Shown: one piece after another, positions 26,819 to 41,154 of the stretch
How positions within the stretch are numbered: position 1 is the stretch's first letter
How the letters are laid out: each line of letters opens with the position of its first letter
Assembly: GCA_043228905.1 (NCBI GenBank)
Contig: JBHGNT010000002.1
Location: 3,782,001 to 3,846,000 of the forward strand
DNA length: 64,000 bases
From: Azolla caroliniana
Lineage: Eukaryota > Plantae > Polypodiophyta
Reading direction: 5' to 3'
Translations under genes and position numbers: made by a program
Notes under the pieces: model-generated
The model's database searches: none
What the model was told of the DNA's origin: nothing
The model's input: the letters and a program-made list of their open reading frames with translations, nothing else

Positions 26819-29800
26819 TATCTCTTCCGCTACACAGAATCACACTCAATTCTTTACATGGTATCAAAGTGATTGGTAGATTGATCTAAGCCCATCCGCA
26901 TGTGTTGTGTATACGCCAACGTTCATGAAGAAACGGCCGATCGTTGTAGTAGCAATCCTACACATTTCGTATCACAGAGAAGAAGACGAAGAAGAAAACT
27001 TGTTTCAACCAAGTCGACCATCATGAACACTCAGATGGGCAGCTCTCTTCCCAGTGAAAAACTTGACAAAAACAACTTCACATCTTGGGAATATAAGATG
27101 CACCAATACCTTGTCAGCCAAAACTATTTGAGTTATATTGAAGGAGCACAAGAATCTCAACCCAACCCAACACATGATGAATACCCAACATGGGAGCAAG
27201 CAACAAGCCAAGTGTTGTATTGTCTTGCATCATGCGTTCATGATCACATGCTCAGTTATATCTGAGAGGCCAGAATGCCGAAGGAGGCGTGGGGGAACCT
27301 CAAAAAGATCTTCGCGGCCAACACGACTACACGAAAACTTCAACTCCGTCGAGAGTTGAATAGTATTCAACAAAGGGACATGTTAATCACGAGCTACATC
27401 TTGAAGATCAAGGAGCTTGGCAATTCCCTTGGCTCGATCAATGTCAACATTGAGGACAACGAGATGGTGCAAATAAGTTTCAGACCCCCTTTCGGTGCAA
27501 TAAGGATAGTCTTCCTCGCAAGGGAAAATCCTCCTTCCTTCAATCTCCATTCGATGTTGTTGGTCTAAGAAAACCACATCCAACCAAAGGGCAATACATT
27601 CGAAGGACATATGCTCTATTCGAATTCGAATGGAGGAAGAGGGCGCAACCATGTAAGAAGGAGCCAATCTGCCCAAGGCCGAAACAATCAAAGGCAATCC
27701 CATGATCACAACTTCTACTACTGGCAAGACGTTGAAAACACACGAGGAGTGTCTAGCAGAAGGGGGAGCCATCATGCTAGACCAAGCTGACAAAACAACT
27801 CCGTCCAATGCAGATATCATGGCAAATTCGGCGACTATGAGGGAAAATGTCAAAAGAAGAAAAGTAAATCGGCTTTCACAAGCCAACAACTTACCAACTT
27901 CGCCTCAAACTCCGACTACGATCATCATGACAAAATGTTCATGATGTGCCATAAAGCAAACTCCATGACGGTCTTCTATCCGATTAGTACATCCAATGCT
28001 GAAGATGTTTGGTTTATCAACTCAAGCACCTCGAATCATATGACGTCTCACCGAGAATGGTTTCGAGACCTAAGAGAGCTGGAACGACCCAACTATGTAG
28101 AGACCCGGAGATGACACCACGCATCCGATACAACATATCGGCAATGTCCCGTTTGGTGAAGAGGGCAACAAGACGTACATCAAGAACGTCTTGCATGTTC
28201 CAACTATAACGAAGAATTTGGTCTCGGTCGGCTAGATCATGGAGCAAGGCATGCAAGTCCAATTCAATCAAGAATGTTGATTCATTGAAAAGGAAGGCCG
28301 ACTCATCACTCGTGGTCGAAGGGAAGGCCAAATGTTTATCCTCGAGTCAATGAGGTAAAATCAGCCATGTACACAAAGGGCCATAAAGCTGACATCGACA
28401 TAGAGCTATGACATGACAAAAGAATTAGCCACATCAATCTCCACAAGCTCAAAGGCATGCAAACGAAAGGAGTCATTATCGAACTCCCAACTTTTATAGA
28501 GAAGGAGATTACCAAAGTGTGCGAAGCTTGCCAATTAGGCAAGCAACATCGACAATCGTTCCCGAAAGAGAGGAACGTAAGCAAAGAATCCTAGATGTAA
28601 TACATTCAAATGTATGGGGGCCAGCTCAGACGACAACATTCAGTGGTTGCCGATACTACGTCACATTAATTGATGACTTCTCCAAGCACACTTGGATCTT
28701 TTCTATGCAGCAAAAGAGTGAAGTACTCACACACTTCCAGAAGTTTAAAAACGAAGTCGAAAAGGCAACTGATTGGCATGCACGATGTCTATGGTCGGAC
28801 AGAGGTAAAAAATATTTCTCTGGCGCCTTCATAGCATACCTTCGACAAGAAGGAATTCAGCAAAAAATTCACTTGCCGACATGTAACACCACAACAAAAC
28901 GGTGTAGCCGAACGGAAGAATCGGCACATACTAGAGGCGATTTGGGCAATGATGAACGAAAAGAACCTACCAAACACTACCATCTATCTAATGAACAGGT
29001 GTACAACTTCTGGAGTCAAGACGTAACACCTAGTGAGAAGTATTACGGAAGAAAGTCGGACCTATCCCACGTCAAGATATTCAAATCAATTGGATACGTA
29101 CACATTCTCGATGACAAGTGACAAAAGCTAGATCCCAAGTCGGAGAAATGTCGCCTCGTAGGGTACTCACTCAAACAAAAAGGGTATAAGTGTTATAACC
29201 CCTCTACCCAAAAAGTTCGAGTGAGTCGAGACGTTGTATTCGACAAATCGGCATCATGGTACAAACTAGAGCCGACTCCATTCGAACCAATCTCGGTCGA
29301 TCATGAGATAGAAGAGGACTATCAATTGAGGCATACATTACAAGAAAGTCCAATTACGACCAGGTTGAGTGGACCTCAAGAGCCTCCAAGTGATCAAAGC
29401 ATATGATGGCCAAGTCCGAGATTGGACAAAATCAAGGCCAAAATGCCAGAATATGAAGATGATCAATCTGACGGCAACGAATTGACTCACTCACTCAATA
29501 GTGCGTGCGGTGGCTTTGATATGCCTATATGCGAACAATTGGAGCGAAGAAAGCCATTGCAACGGCAAATGAGAAACTCCATCGCTCCACCCGAGAAAAG
29601 AAGTTTGTCAGTTGATTTGGAGACAACGACTATATAGCATACCACTATGCCTTTATGATGAACGTGGCATCAGTTCGTGAGCCAGAAAACTTTGCTAAAG
29701 CTGCTAAGGATCCACAATAGGTGGAGGCGATGAATGAAGAAATTCAAGCCCTCAACAAGAACAACATCTGGGATCTTGTTCCTTCTTCACCCCATCAAAA

Positions 29801-31639
29801 GGTAATTGGTTACCGGTGGATATACAAGGTGAAGCACAACATTCACGACACCATCAATCGGTATAAGGCCCGGCTAGTCGCGAAAGGGTACGCACAAACA
29901 CACGGGGTCGATTATGAATAGACCTTTGCCCCGGTGGCAAAAATGATGACCATTCGGACCGTTATCACGCTTGCAACAACCAAAGGGTGGCACCTCCATC
30001 AAATGGATGTAAATAATGCCTTCCTTCAAGGTGAATTGGATGAGGAGGTGTACATGGTACAACCTCCTGGCTTCAAGTCAAGAATACACCCACAAGCGGT
30101 TTACCGACTCAAAAAGCCTCTCTACAACCTCAAGCAGGCACCCAGAGCATGACACTAAAAAATAACCCAATATCTTCACCAAATCGGCTTCAAAATGTCC
30201 AAGTCCGACAACTCCCTGTTCATCCAGAGCGACTCCAGAGGACACCTATTGATCATTATATACATCGACAACTTGGTGATCGGTGGAGAATCAAGAAGCT
30301 TCTCTCTAGTCGATTCGAAATGCAAGATATGAAGGAGCTCCATTACTTTCTAGGTATAGAAGTAATTCGGACCCCAACTGGGATTTTGATCTCCCAATGA
30401 CACTACATCCTCATCTTATTGTATAAGTTCACGATGAATGGGGGATGACTGAGTGCAAATCTGTCGCAACCCCTCTCAATCAAAACCTAAAGCAAGATGT
30501 TGACTCTGGCACAGAAGAGTGTGTGACGACTCACTATCGTTAACTAGTCAAAAGTTTGATCTACCTCACCATTACTCGACCCAACTTCAATTATCCAGTC
30601 GTCCTCCTTAGCCAATTCATGCAGACACCTCACAATATCCATTTGGATTGTGTTAAGCGAGTACTAAGGTATATAAGTGGGACGATGGATTACGACATCC
30701 TCTACAAATTGGCCACACCAATTCAACTTGAAGGGTACACAAATGTCGACTAGGCCGGCTACAAGGCCGACAGATGATCGACTTCTGAATTCGTCTTCTC
30801 CATCAGCAACAAAGCCATATCATGGAGTGGCAAAAAACAGCTGACAGACACATTGTCGAGCACAGAAGTTGAATATAGGGGCGCAGCCGTGGTCACATGT
30901 GAAGTCGTATGGCTCAAGAGGATTCTCAAGGATCTGAACACTTCCATCAAAGATCCAATCCTCCTCTATTACGATAACTTGAGCAATATCCACATGGCTC
31001 ACAACCCGGTTTTTCACGTTCGAACTAAGCACATCGAGGTGAATTATCACTTCATCCGAGAATGTGTCTTGGCTGGAGATGCCGACCTGCAACACATCAG
31101 TACGAACATATAGATGGACGACATCTTCACAAAGGCCATGGGAGCCGACAAGTTGCGGTAGTTCACGACAAACCTGGGACTCTCGACCGCCAACCAACTG
31201 AGCTTGAGAGGGAGTGAGCCGCCAAATACGGAGTTGGATAGAGCTGAATGAACAAAGCAAACAAAGTGAAATGGTTATTTAAACCGAACACAAACCCAAA
31301 TAGCAACCAAGATCAAGCCCACTTTCCAACGATTGGAAGTTGTATTCGAAGGGGCGTGTTGAGAATCAAACTCAACTTCCCTAGCGTGGGAACACACCTT
31401 AGGAGCATCTAAGTGTGTGAACAGACACCACTTTGTATAATAAGTAATGTTTCATAGAAGTTAGTCCTATGACATGTCATAGTTAGTAGGTAGTTTAGGC
31501 TCCACCTCTTTCCCAATAGGTGGTTGTAGTGAGAGAATATAGAGAGAAGTTGACTACATAAGCACCTTCTCCTCTTTTTTGTAACTGTTGGTTGTTCATT
31601 CTTGTTAATACAGTTTTTCAAGTTTTTTGTATACCTTAT

Positions 31640-31688
<49 letters not shown>

Positions 31689-31691
31689 TAA
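26517..31691 (+). mobile_element. Ty1/copia LTR retrotransposon, degenerate
   Basis: 5' LTR 26517-26858 (TG..CA); PBS TGGTATCA at 26859; PPT-like GAAGGGGCG before the 3' LTR at 31357; 3' LTR truncated after its (CT)n tract; possible TSD ATGTT (26512-26516, 31692-31696). Confidence 0.95.
27023..31215 (+). pseudogene. copia gag-pol pseudogene (gag, protease, integrase, RT, RNase H)
   Basis: EKLDKNNFTSW (gag), HSNVWGP..YYVTLIDDFSK (integrase), RYKARLVAKGY and HQMDVNNAFLQG (RT), RT catalytic motif mutated to YIDN, RTKHIEVNYHFIRE (RNase H). Numerous stops and frameshifts. Confidence 0.93.
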
Positions 31692-32126
31692 ATGTTGTTA
31701 TACATCTACTCGCACAAGAAATGGATTCCTATAAGCACAAACCTATTTGAAGAACAATATTTCTTAGCTATGTAAGCAAGCGAGAGAATAAGAAAACCAT
31801 AACGTTTGGCACTACACCATAGTGAGATAAGTAAGAGGAAGATATTGTAAAGTCAAGGTCATCATATATTTGGAGTCTTCTCCATGGGAATAATCTATTA
31901 TGGGTGTCTTCAATGGACAAACATTCATGGTTTCAATGAAATATTTTATTTGGTTCATTACCTCTCTTGTGAACGACAAAATAAATACCTAATAAATCAA
32001 GCATAAATTCAACATAGATTGAACCATGTTTTAAATAGAGAAACTAATTTAAACACATAAGTAAGTTTATTTCTTATCTCAATATTGCCATAGACAACCA
32101 ATAAACAAATCATTGCTTTAAAGTTA

Positions 32127-32439
32127 GGGAAAAGTACCAGGATACCCCTGGAAGTTTGTCTATTTACCAGAATGCCCTTGGAAGTTCCAAATTTACCAAA
32201 CTACCCCTATGTCCAAAAAATTATACTTTATAAAGTAATTATACGGTCAAATCTACAAGCCCTATTTACCAAAGATGGAAGAAATGGACCCGAACTAGCC
32301 CTATTTACCAAAGATTTGAGTGTATAATTACTTTATAAAGTGTATTTTTTTGGACATAGGGGTAGTTTGGTAAATTTGGAACTTCCAAGGGCATTCTGGT
32401 AAATAGACGAACTTCCAAGGGTATCCTGGTACTTTTCCC
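32127..32439. mobile_element. Mutator-like MITE with ~118-bp TIRs
   Basis: Near-perfect palindrome GGGAAAAGTACCAGGATACCC...GGGTATCCTGGTACTTTTCCC; perfect 9-bp TSD TTAAAGTTA (32118-32126, 32440-32448). Confidence 0.95.
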
Positions 32440-35400
32440 TTAAAGTTATATAAAACATAATTTGAATAACACAACGATTAAGTATATGAAGACAAAGTGA
32501 AAAGGTGAGGGTTTCGTAAGTCATTTCCATCACTCACTTGGATGTGTAAAGAAGCAATGATTAAATGTCACATCTAATGATTTATGAACGTAAGTCTTAG
32601 ATCCATATCAAAATAATACAACTATTCATTCACATATTACATCACTAAAGATGTCCCTAATTTATTGTTGATACGAAAAATAATCATCTTTTGAATCAAC
32701 ATCCAATATTTTACAAACCTTGGCTATGATCCACAATGAATAATGCAACTTTGGGTTCGGTTGGTCCACAAATTTTTGTGACACAATTAGCTTGTCGTTA
32801 TTGCAATTTGCCACATTATTTAGGTATGTTAAGTTATAATTGAGATAAACATGTCTATCTTTAATCTCAAATTGGTTTTGTGCTAAGTACTCACACAGGA
32901 ACATTACACTACACACTCTTGCTTGAAGAGTTTGAATTGTAGTTCAAGAAGGTATTGATGTTTCTAGTGTGAGGTTTACTATGTTACATAACTTAATAGG
33001 TGTATAGATGTCACCAACCACGTCATAGTCTATAGACTCTATAAGTAATAGTCCATCGACAATCACCACCAACAAACATCCTCATCATCAATAGAAAACA
33101 TGACGAAGTTGGGCAAGCGAAAAGCGCTTTCTCCTTGAAGAAATCTAGGAGCAAATTTTAAATACCTACAAAACAACGAAAGTAACATTTAAGAATCATC
33201 CAAAAATTCCCTATAATACAAATAAAAAGGAAGACAAATGAAATGTTGTTATTTTGGGAAGATCATCCATTATCTCGGAAAGATTATTGTCATTCAAGAT
33301 GATGATGGCTCATTATGAAGTTATAAAGCACATGGGATACAATTCCAATCGAAATGCTTACGTTGTTCAATGTGGCTCGTGGTTAGTCTAACATAGTTTC
33401 TGTTACACACAACCTATTGAACATTCTTTAAGGGTTGTGTTCCTTTTTTCCACCTTCCTTTTATTTCACCTAAACCTTGTCTAATATATGTTGGTATACA
33501 TTGCTAAGTTTTAATGAAAACCTATTTTACTTTGTTGATTTGAATCTATCCTTCATAATTCATTTTGAATGATGATGCATTTGACTACAAAACATGTGTT
33601 TAAAGAAGCATGCTTTATATTGTAAACACCTTTGTAGTCACATCACGACTTTTCCTACATATTAACGAGTTCACATCCAAGACATCAAGGGGCAATGGCC
33701 CTTAATAAACTACATTTACATGTAGCTTTTCAAGATTTCGTAATAAAAGGACGATAAAGGCAAAACACTTTGACCAATTATTTTAAGACCTCTAAACGAT
33801 TCTTCTTTCTTTATGAGTGTCGCTTTCCACAAATAGCTTCTCATCGTCGCACAAAGGACAAGATGATTGAGCTACAATGGAAAGTAAAGCATTAGTAGTC
33901 TTTTTTCTTTTAGAAAACGTTAAATGAAGTTCGAGGTACATGCATTTCTTTATTGAAGGAATTGAACATATCATATATTCCAAGAAACGTTAATTAAAGT
34001 CTTCAAATTGTATACTACAATGATGCAATTCTAACATTATGGACCATGTTTTATCAAGTCTTGTAATATGAAAGTCATCACATTATAAACGAGGAGATCC
34101 CTCTCTGTGTGTACGTGCATATGGATGAGTCACTGTCAAAATAATTTAATTTTGATCAAAAGCATGAGTAATATGCCCAATCACAACAAATTACCTATCT
34201 TTTACATTGTTTTTATCAGAACTAAAATTTGAGGAAAAGTATAATTGGCCATCAAAATTAAGCAACTCAATATTGTCCTACTATCAATATTAAAGAGAGC
34301 TAATACCGAATAATTTGGAAGTACAACATGGCACCAACATTGATTGACCTTGTGTCTCTATGTGGGGGGGTGTTTAACAATTAGGCTAAAGGATATGCAA
34401 TAGGAAAGTGGGGTGCAAACATAATAATGTAGGATAATAATCACAATACTTGTTGTAGCACATTGGATTGTTTTATCAGATATCCCATAATATATGGTTG
34501 TCATAAACTCCACTCTAACATTGAATCCATAATGGCCAAAGGTTAAACCTTAAACCAATTCTTACGTAAATTATATTCAACCAAATTGTGTATGTGGTTA
34601 TGTTTATTGACCTCTTGAATTTTAAATTAGCAAACATGATGTTGAAAGTGGTGAAGCTAGTGTTATGGACTGAAGCATTGGGCGATTTGTTTGATGTTGT
34701 TGGCATCAAATATTTTCAAAATCTTAGTCGAGGCCATGCACTCTAACATATGCACATGGAAAACAAAAGTCACGATTTTGTTATGTTCATTAAGAACATT
34801 CATTTTCCATGATACAATGTCATATTTGAAAGGTAATGATGTGTCCGGTGTAAAATATTCTAGTAAATTTGGTTCAAAGCAATGCACAATAAAATTAGAT
34901 AATGCGCACGTGAAAAACAAAGAGTCACAAATATTCCATGTACATAAGGACATTCATTTTCCGCAAATGGTTGAAATGTTATGCCAAGTTGCGATATTTT
35001 TGTTTCCATGGTACACATGCTTATGGACTACAAAAGGGGTAATTGTAATTTGTCATAATTCTGTAACTTTCTCTTTTTGCTGATATCCAAGTATCATTGT
35101 TTTTCAAAGCAACTGTCTTTTACCTTGCCAGATTGACATGAATCCCACGCCCCTTACATTGGGGTGCCTTTCAAACTAGACCATAGCCTGATAACATAAG
35201 AACAAATACATTATACTCACTCTTCCATGCTATTCTTTCACAACTTGACATTCTAGCACCTCAAGGGGCAAGGAACCACACAAAACCATTTGAGATGGGT
35301 GGCGAGGCTCTACCGTAGTCATGATATCCCAAGTAGAAATATTTATTGCTCCTTGTCATTTAGTTGGTTTTCATAGAACATTGAAGTGCTTATTCGTTTT

Positions 35401-36240
35401 TGTGTTCAATGTTTTCCTATGAAAAAATTCTATTGTGCAATTTATTATTCAACATGAAAAATCTTGCTTGGCTTCCCATCATTTTTGTTCATTGACCATT
35501 GCTCAAATCTTTGTTATTAATCTCTTACTTACATGGTATCATTCCATTGATCAATAACAAACCATTGTACAAAATCACATCAACATTGACATTAAATTTG
35601 CAAAAGAATACACGAAATCAATGCCTCAACCATTAGGCCAAGGCAAATACATCGTAAATTGGCATACAAAAAATTGGCGTAGATATGGTAACCAAGCAGT
35701 GCGAACAAGAAAGATTAATGACCTTAAAAAGTCCAACACTTGAAAAAGAGGAGAAATTTTGAGACAACATAATGCAAGTGAATTTCACTCTATGAATCCA
35801 ACACACCTTACACGCGTACAAAATCTCAAAACAATTTGCCAAAGATTGTAGCAAAACACTATTTCTTAGGTGGTCTAATGCTTGAGATCCAACATGCTCT
35901 TGCCAACGATTACTCATTCGAGAAATAATCAATCAAGGTGTAGATATTCATAAATATAATAAAATATCTCAATGAACATATTTGTATGTTATGACGGAAT
36001 TCGATTTATACAAAGCTCTCCATGGATCAAGTTACTTGGTACATGTGAGCTCTAGGCATACTGGGTGCCTCCTCTCTCTCTCTCTCTCTCTCCCTCAAGA
36101 AGATGGCTTTATTTGGGAAACTCGACCCTCTTATACGGGGGGAAATGAATGTATTGAACATAAACCTTTGTTGTCGTTCACATGGATTTCTTACCATGCA
36201 AATATAGGGGGGAGCAAGGGGAGAGTGAATAATTAAAAAC

Positions 36241-37993
36241 CTACTTCTCTTGGTGGAAAAGCTCGGGATCGTAAACATTGTCACAACTATCCTTCAATTT
36301 GGGCTTGAAACAAGCATAGTAGTTATAGAAAGCAAGGCCACTAAGTAGTATGATAGTGCCGACCACAAACCTCGGGTGTAGTGAAGCCGATGCTCCAATG
36401 TATGGAAGGGGGAGAGTGAACATGAATATCGTGATCGGCACTGGATTTCACCCACAACCCAAAACAAAAAGGAAGGAATTCAAATTCCATGTTATATTGT
36501 CGATATAAAAAACATTGAAAAGCTATTTTTACTACTCATTCGGGAACGGATATATATAGAGAGAGAAGAATTGACAAGTATTAACCTGCAACCGTGGAGC
36601 ATAACGAGGAAACGACAGCCGATGACATCTTCAAAAGAGAGAGGAGAGAAATATTGAATGCTAGGTTAACTACAACAAAACCGAAAACCAGCGGCATTGC
36701 CCCGGAACATTCTGGAAAACACACCAAATTTTAATACAAATAAATAAATAAATTTACATGTACATATGTGGATGGGTATGGGTATGTATCATGTGTATAT
36801 GCATGTGTGGATGAGAAATTTACATGTACAACACATGTGGATGGGTATGGGCATGTATCATGTGTATATGCATGTGTGGATGATTGGATATGGATGACTA
36901 GAAATTTACATGTACATATGTGGATGGGTACGGGTATGGGTATGTATCATGTGTACATATATGCATGTGTGGATGATTATATATGAATGACTAGAAATTT
37001 AGATATACATATATGGATGGGCATGAGTATGTATCATGTGTATATGCATGTGTGGATGATTGGATATGGATGACTAGAAATTTACATGTACATATGTGGA
37101 TGGGTATGGGTATGCATCATATGTATATGCATGTGTGGATGATTGGATATGGATGACTTTACCTGTTCTCACAGACCCAATGTTAAATAGACAACCAGCC
37201 CCATCCTTCATGTATGTAGGTAACTGGCCGAAAGGGATACCCCGCAAATGTGATAGAAATGGTAGCATCAAAACAACAAACATTGCCTGCCATGTATAGA
37301 TCAGACAAATACAATAATCTCACTTCAGCAAATAGATCCCTGGTGGTTTTCTGGTTTTCTAGATTGTAAGTACTTTTTGTTTTACTTTTTTTACTCATGA
37401 ATCTCTAGAAATAATGCTCTTTTTTTCTTTTATACGACATACCTGAAATGCCGAACCGAATGAATTCACGACAAAGATATCAATTGAACCACCCTACAGC
37501 CAAAAACAAAAAACAATGTAGCTCAAACACAGTTTCTTAGAGAAGTAAGTTGTAAACAAACAATGAGGAAAATATATTGAAACCTTCAAGTTCTTGCAAG
37601 CATTCCGGAACACAAACTCCTGTCACCATTAAAAAGCTTTAGACGGAAAAAAAAACCGAGGAACGACTAGGTTAAAATAAAGGTCTCAGCCTCTCACCCA
37701 CAATAACTTTTCAAACAAAATCTTCATGTGTTATATGATCATTATTGATTTTTTTTCTTATTTATTTTGGGATCAACAAAGTAACCTGAAGATACCTTGA
37801 CAATAGTTGAACTAGCTTGAAAAGCACATGAGACAATCATAAGCAATGGCCAGAAAAGAGCCATCTGATGACCCCCTCCAGAAAAGCTTAATTCAATGCC
37901 ACTCCTGTGCACATAATGCAATAAGAAAACACCACTCAAGAATTAGGATTTGCTATAACATAAACCTAGTATGTAAATATGTACACATATACA

Positions 37994-38033
<40 letters not shown>

Positions 38034-41000
38034 TGTATATACACACATTAGATATGCATGTGTATACATATACATGTATATATGTCATGTGGTGGGCGGT
38101 ATTGATCCAACTCTAGCACCATGCACAAGCAGTTTCTTTGGTTCATGCTACTTCATGGCAACATCAATGGAAAAATAACAGTTAAGATGCAAAAGAGTTT
38201 GTTACCCGGAAAGAGCAACAGTCACGCCGACAAGAACCATAATGCATCCAGCAATTTGACCCAAGGAAAATTGCCTCTTCAAGAACACCATAGAAAGAAG
38301 CAATTGCCATACTAGAAATGTCTTCAACATCCATATACACATAAAGAATCCAATCGTTAAAAAAAACATATCCATATACACCGTACAATAATTGCATAAA
38401 CCTTCAATCACTGAGCATAGCCATATGCTAATTCCATAAACCTTCCCTTCAATCATCACATATCAATGCAATTATATGATAATTACATAAACCTTGAATC
38501 ATTGAACATATCAATAGAAGCCATGCAATATGGTAGAAGACATTACCTGTAACAAAATAGATATGGTTGGGCCTGGAAGGACTGCTGCTTGTTTGAAAAC
38601 CATGCCAAAAAATCATCAAGTATATACTTTATGTTAGCACATTCACATATACATAGTATGTATGGGTGACATTATATGACCCATACCCTCAACAAAGAAG
38701 ACATCCACATACATTTATGCATACATTACAGACATACATACCAGCAGCTGCCATTCCTGCAGCAACACCACATGCTTCAAGGGCACCTGATAGAATAAAA
38801 TAATATTTTGGAATCTCGAGCATTTCGTCAGTTACTATCCCCGCCTGATAGCGCATGCATAGAATGGAGAAGTATACCAACACATACCTAACAAGCAATA
38901 GAAAAGAAGATTTTTAAAATGAAAATGTTCGCGCTCTTATCAACGGATTGATCTCGACCACATTTATTACTGCATGCCTCATAGACCAAGAGCATTGCTA
39001 GGTATACCTAAAGCACAACAAATATTACAAGCACCATCAAAAGAATAAGCTTCGTATCAAATTAAGAATCTTGAGAAAAATTATGGCTCCACACCATATC
39101 CCATTGACCAATGCCGTGGCTTGGCTGTTTCCATCATATGCATCGACCTAGGATAGATGGGCATGAATTGGATCAGAGATAAGCCCATTGGCCAGAATTT
39201 GCATCCCAATTGGCCAAATTCAGAGTTTAAGTTAGTGAGAGCCTGGATGCCTATGGTTTGATCATAGACCTCAGGTTTATTGGTATGTGAAAGGGCTGCC
39301 TTACATATGGCCGAAGATAGTTCCTTTTACCTGTAATCAACACCCCAATTATGGGTTTGTATGATGCATGATTGGTCTACTAGCTATCCCATTGTGCATT
39401 CTCTTTCTCTGGTTCTCTTTACAGAGCTTTCCGTAGTTTCTTGGTGATTAGCTCCATTAATGTACTAGATGGTTACTTGTATGTTCACAACTAAGGTGAC
39501 AATAATTGGCCCAGCGCTTCCGTCGTGTCAGCAAACTCAACATTATGAGCTTCTGGAGGCAAATCTCAATAGCTACAAAAGCTCATAATGTTATGTCATA
39601 TCCTTGGCGAAAGACTCTGTTTTATATACCTCACATAAACATTGTTCAAAGAGGGCAAAAAGGTTATATTTTTCCATATAATGATATGGTAGATAATACA
39701 TATGGTTCTAATCATTTGCCATTGGTGAAGGGACTCCATTACAATAACTCATGTGATGGATGATACATATGATTTAGAACAAGAGGAATAATCATCATCA
39801 AATAGCTAACACATATTCGATATCATCCTAAGAGACAGTATTTGAGCTGAAACAGTAGTTTATACATATGGATGGAGAGCAATAGTGATCATTACAACTC
39901 TAAACAGAGGAGATTCATATATGGTTCCCAATGAGAGTAAGTCAAGTCATGGCTGAGGCATCCCATTACAGCTCAAACAGAGAAGATTCATTCAGTTATA
40001 TATGGTTCCCAATGAGAGTAAGTCATGCGGTTTGGACAGAGAAATAATAATGGGTATAGTTTGACCATAGGTAATGGTACTCAAACCTAAGACAATACAA
40101 ATTTACTAGGATAAAAAGAAAAAAAAAGAGCGAGTCATTATAGCTCATAACATATGGATCAAAAGGGGGGGTATTCCTGAATCCTAAATATTAATCGCCA
40201 TAGCTGTACACATGTGATTCAATGGAAGACATCTATGGGCAATAGTAACAATAAGAGTAATCAATGTTTGCTCAGACATTCTGCAGAAAAAAAAGAGAGA
40301 ATAGAAAATGATGATTGACATTGACAAAGATCGAGATCAATTTGCGATGGTGATGCTTATAGAATGATGAAATTTTATAATGTTAGGTTGATTTTCTTAC
40401 CCGAAAGTGGTGATGAGGGCAAGCAAGAAAGGGTATTCTCTGAGGGGAACAAGGGCCATCTTGTAGAGGATCTTGTTGGCCACTGCAAAGATGATGGTGC
40501 TTGCTGCCCTTCCCACAATCTCCGCCTCTCGTCTCGATAGCGGAAACCATCCCAAATTTAGAGATGTCTCTTCCACTCCATTGTAAGAAGAAGATGATGA
40601 TGATGATGATGATGATGAAACCCTGTATTTGAATGATGATGGTGATAATGATGGAACCCTGCTTTTGAATGATGATGCTGATGATGATGATGAAACCCTG
40701 TATTTGAATGATGATGGTGATAACGACGAAACCCTGCATTTGAATGATGAATCTGCTGATGAAACCCTAGGGTTACAATAACAAGATGATATTGATGCAA
40801 CCCTAGATTTGCAATAAGAATAAGATGGTGGTGGTGATGAAACCCTAGATTTGCAATCAGAACAAGGAGCCCCACATTTGCAAGAGGAACAAGAGAGGGA
40901 AGATCGTGGAACCCTAGATTTGAAATAAGAAGAAGACGATGATGATAAATCCCTCGATTCGCAAGAAGATGCAGGTGAAGAATAAGAAAATGAGGAAGTC

Positions 41001-41140
41001 AAAACAACTCTAGATTTAGAAGTAGTCCATGGAAGCTCAAAATTAAATGAAGATCCCTTGGGATTATATACAGGTTTGTTATCGATGGTGATAAAATCTT
41101 CCCTACATGGTGAGAAAATGGGCTTAAAAAGATAGGTCAT
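36241..41140 (-). CDS. CLT: CRT-like transporter (CLT; plastid glutathione/gamma-EC transporter family), ~561 aa; exons 41140-40401, 38887-38742, 38584-38547, 38321-38206, 37904-37796, 37619-37584, 37493-37443, 37286-37163, 36711-36586, 36440-36241
   Basis: Motifs AVANKILYKMALVPLREYPFLLA, YVLVYFSIL..RYQAGIVTDEML, QTFLVWQL, GGSIDIFVVNSFGSAFQA, LLKMSSAVVSSL, FTLPLPYIG. Ser-rich N-terminus; GT-AG introns; 1686 nt, in frame. Confidence 0.93.
36750..37158. repeat. Minisatellite of 5 units (67-92 bp) filling CLT intron 8
   Basis: Unit AAATTTACATGTACATATGTGGATGGGTATGGG..CATGTGTGGATGATTGGATATGGATGACT starts at ~36750, 36817, 36902, 36994 and 37078. Confidence 0.95.
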
Positions 41141-41154
41141 GGCTTATGACAAAA

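Noticed and set aside
32500-35600. Possible decayed DNA-transposon coding region
   Set aside because: Only short ORFs with no motif I can identify; it needs BLASTX against TE proteins.
40383-40875. Poly-His and poly-Ile ORFs
   Set aside because: They are alternative frames of the (TCA)n Ser repeats in CLT exon 1.
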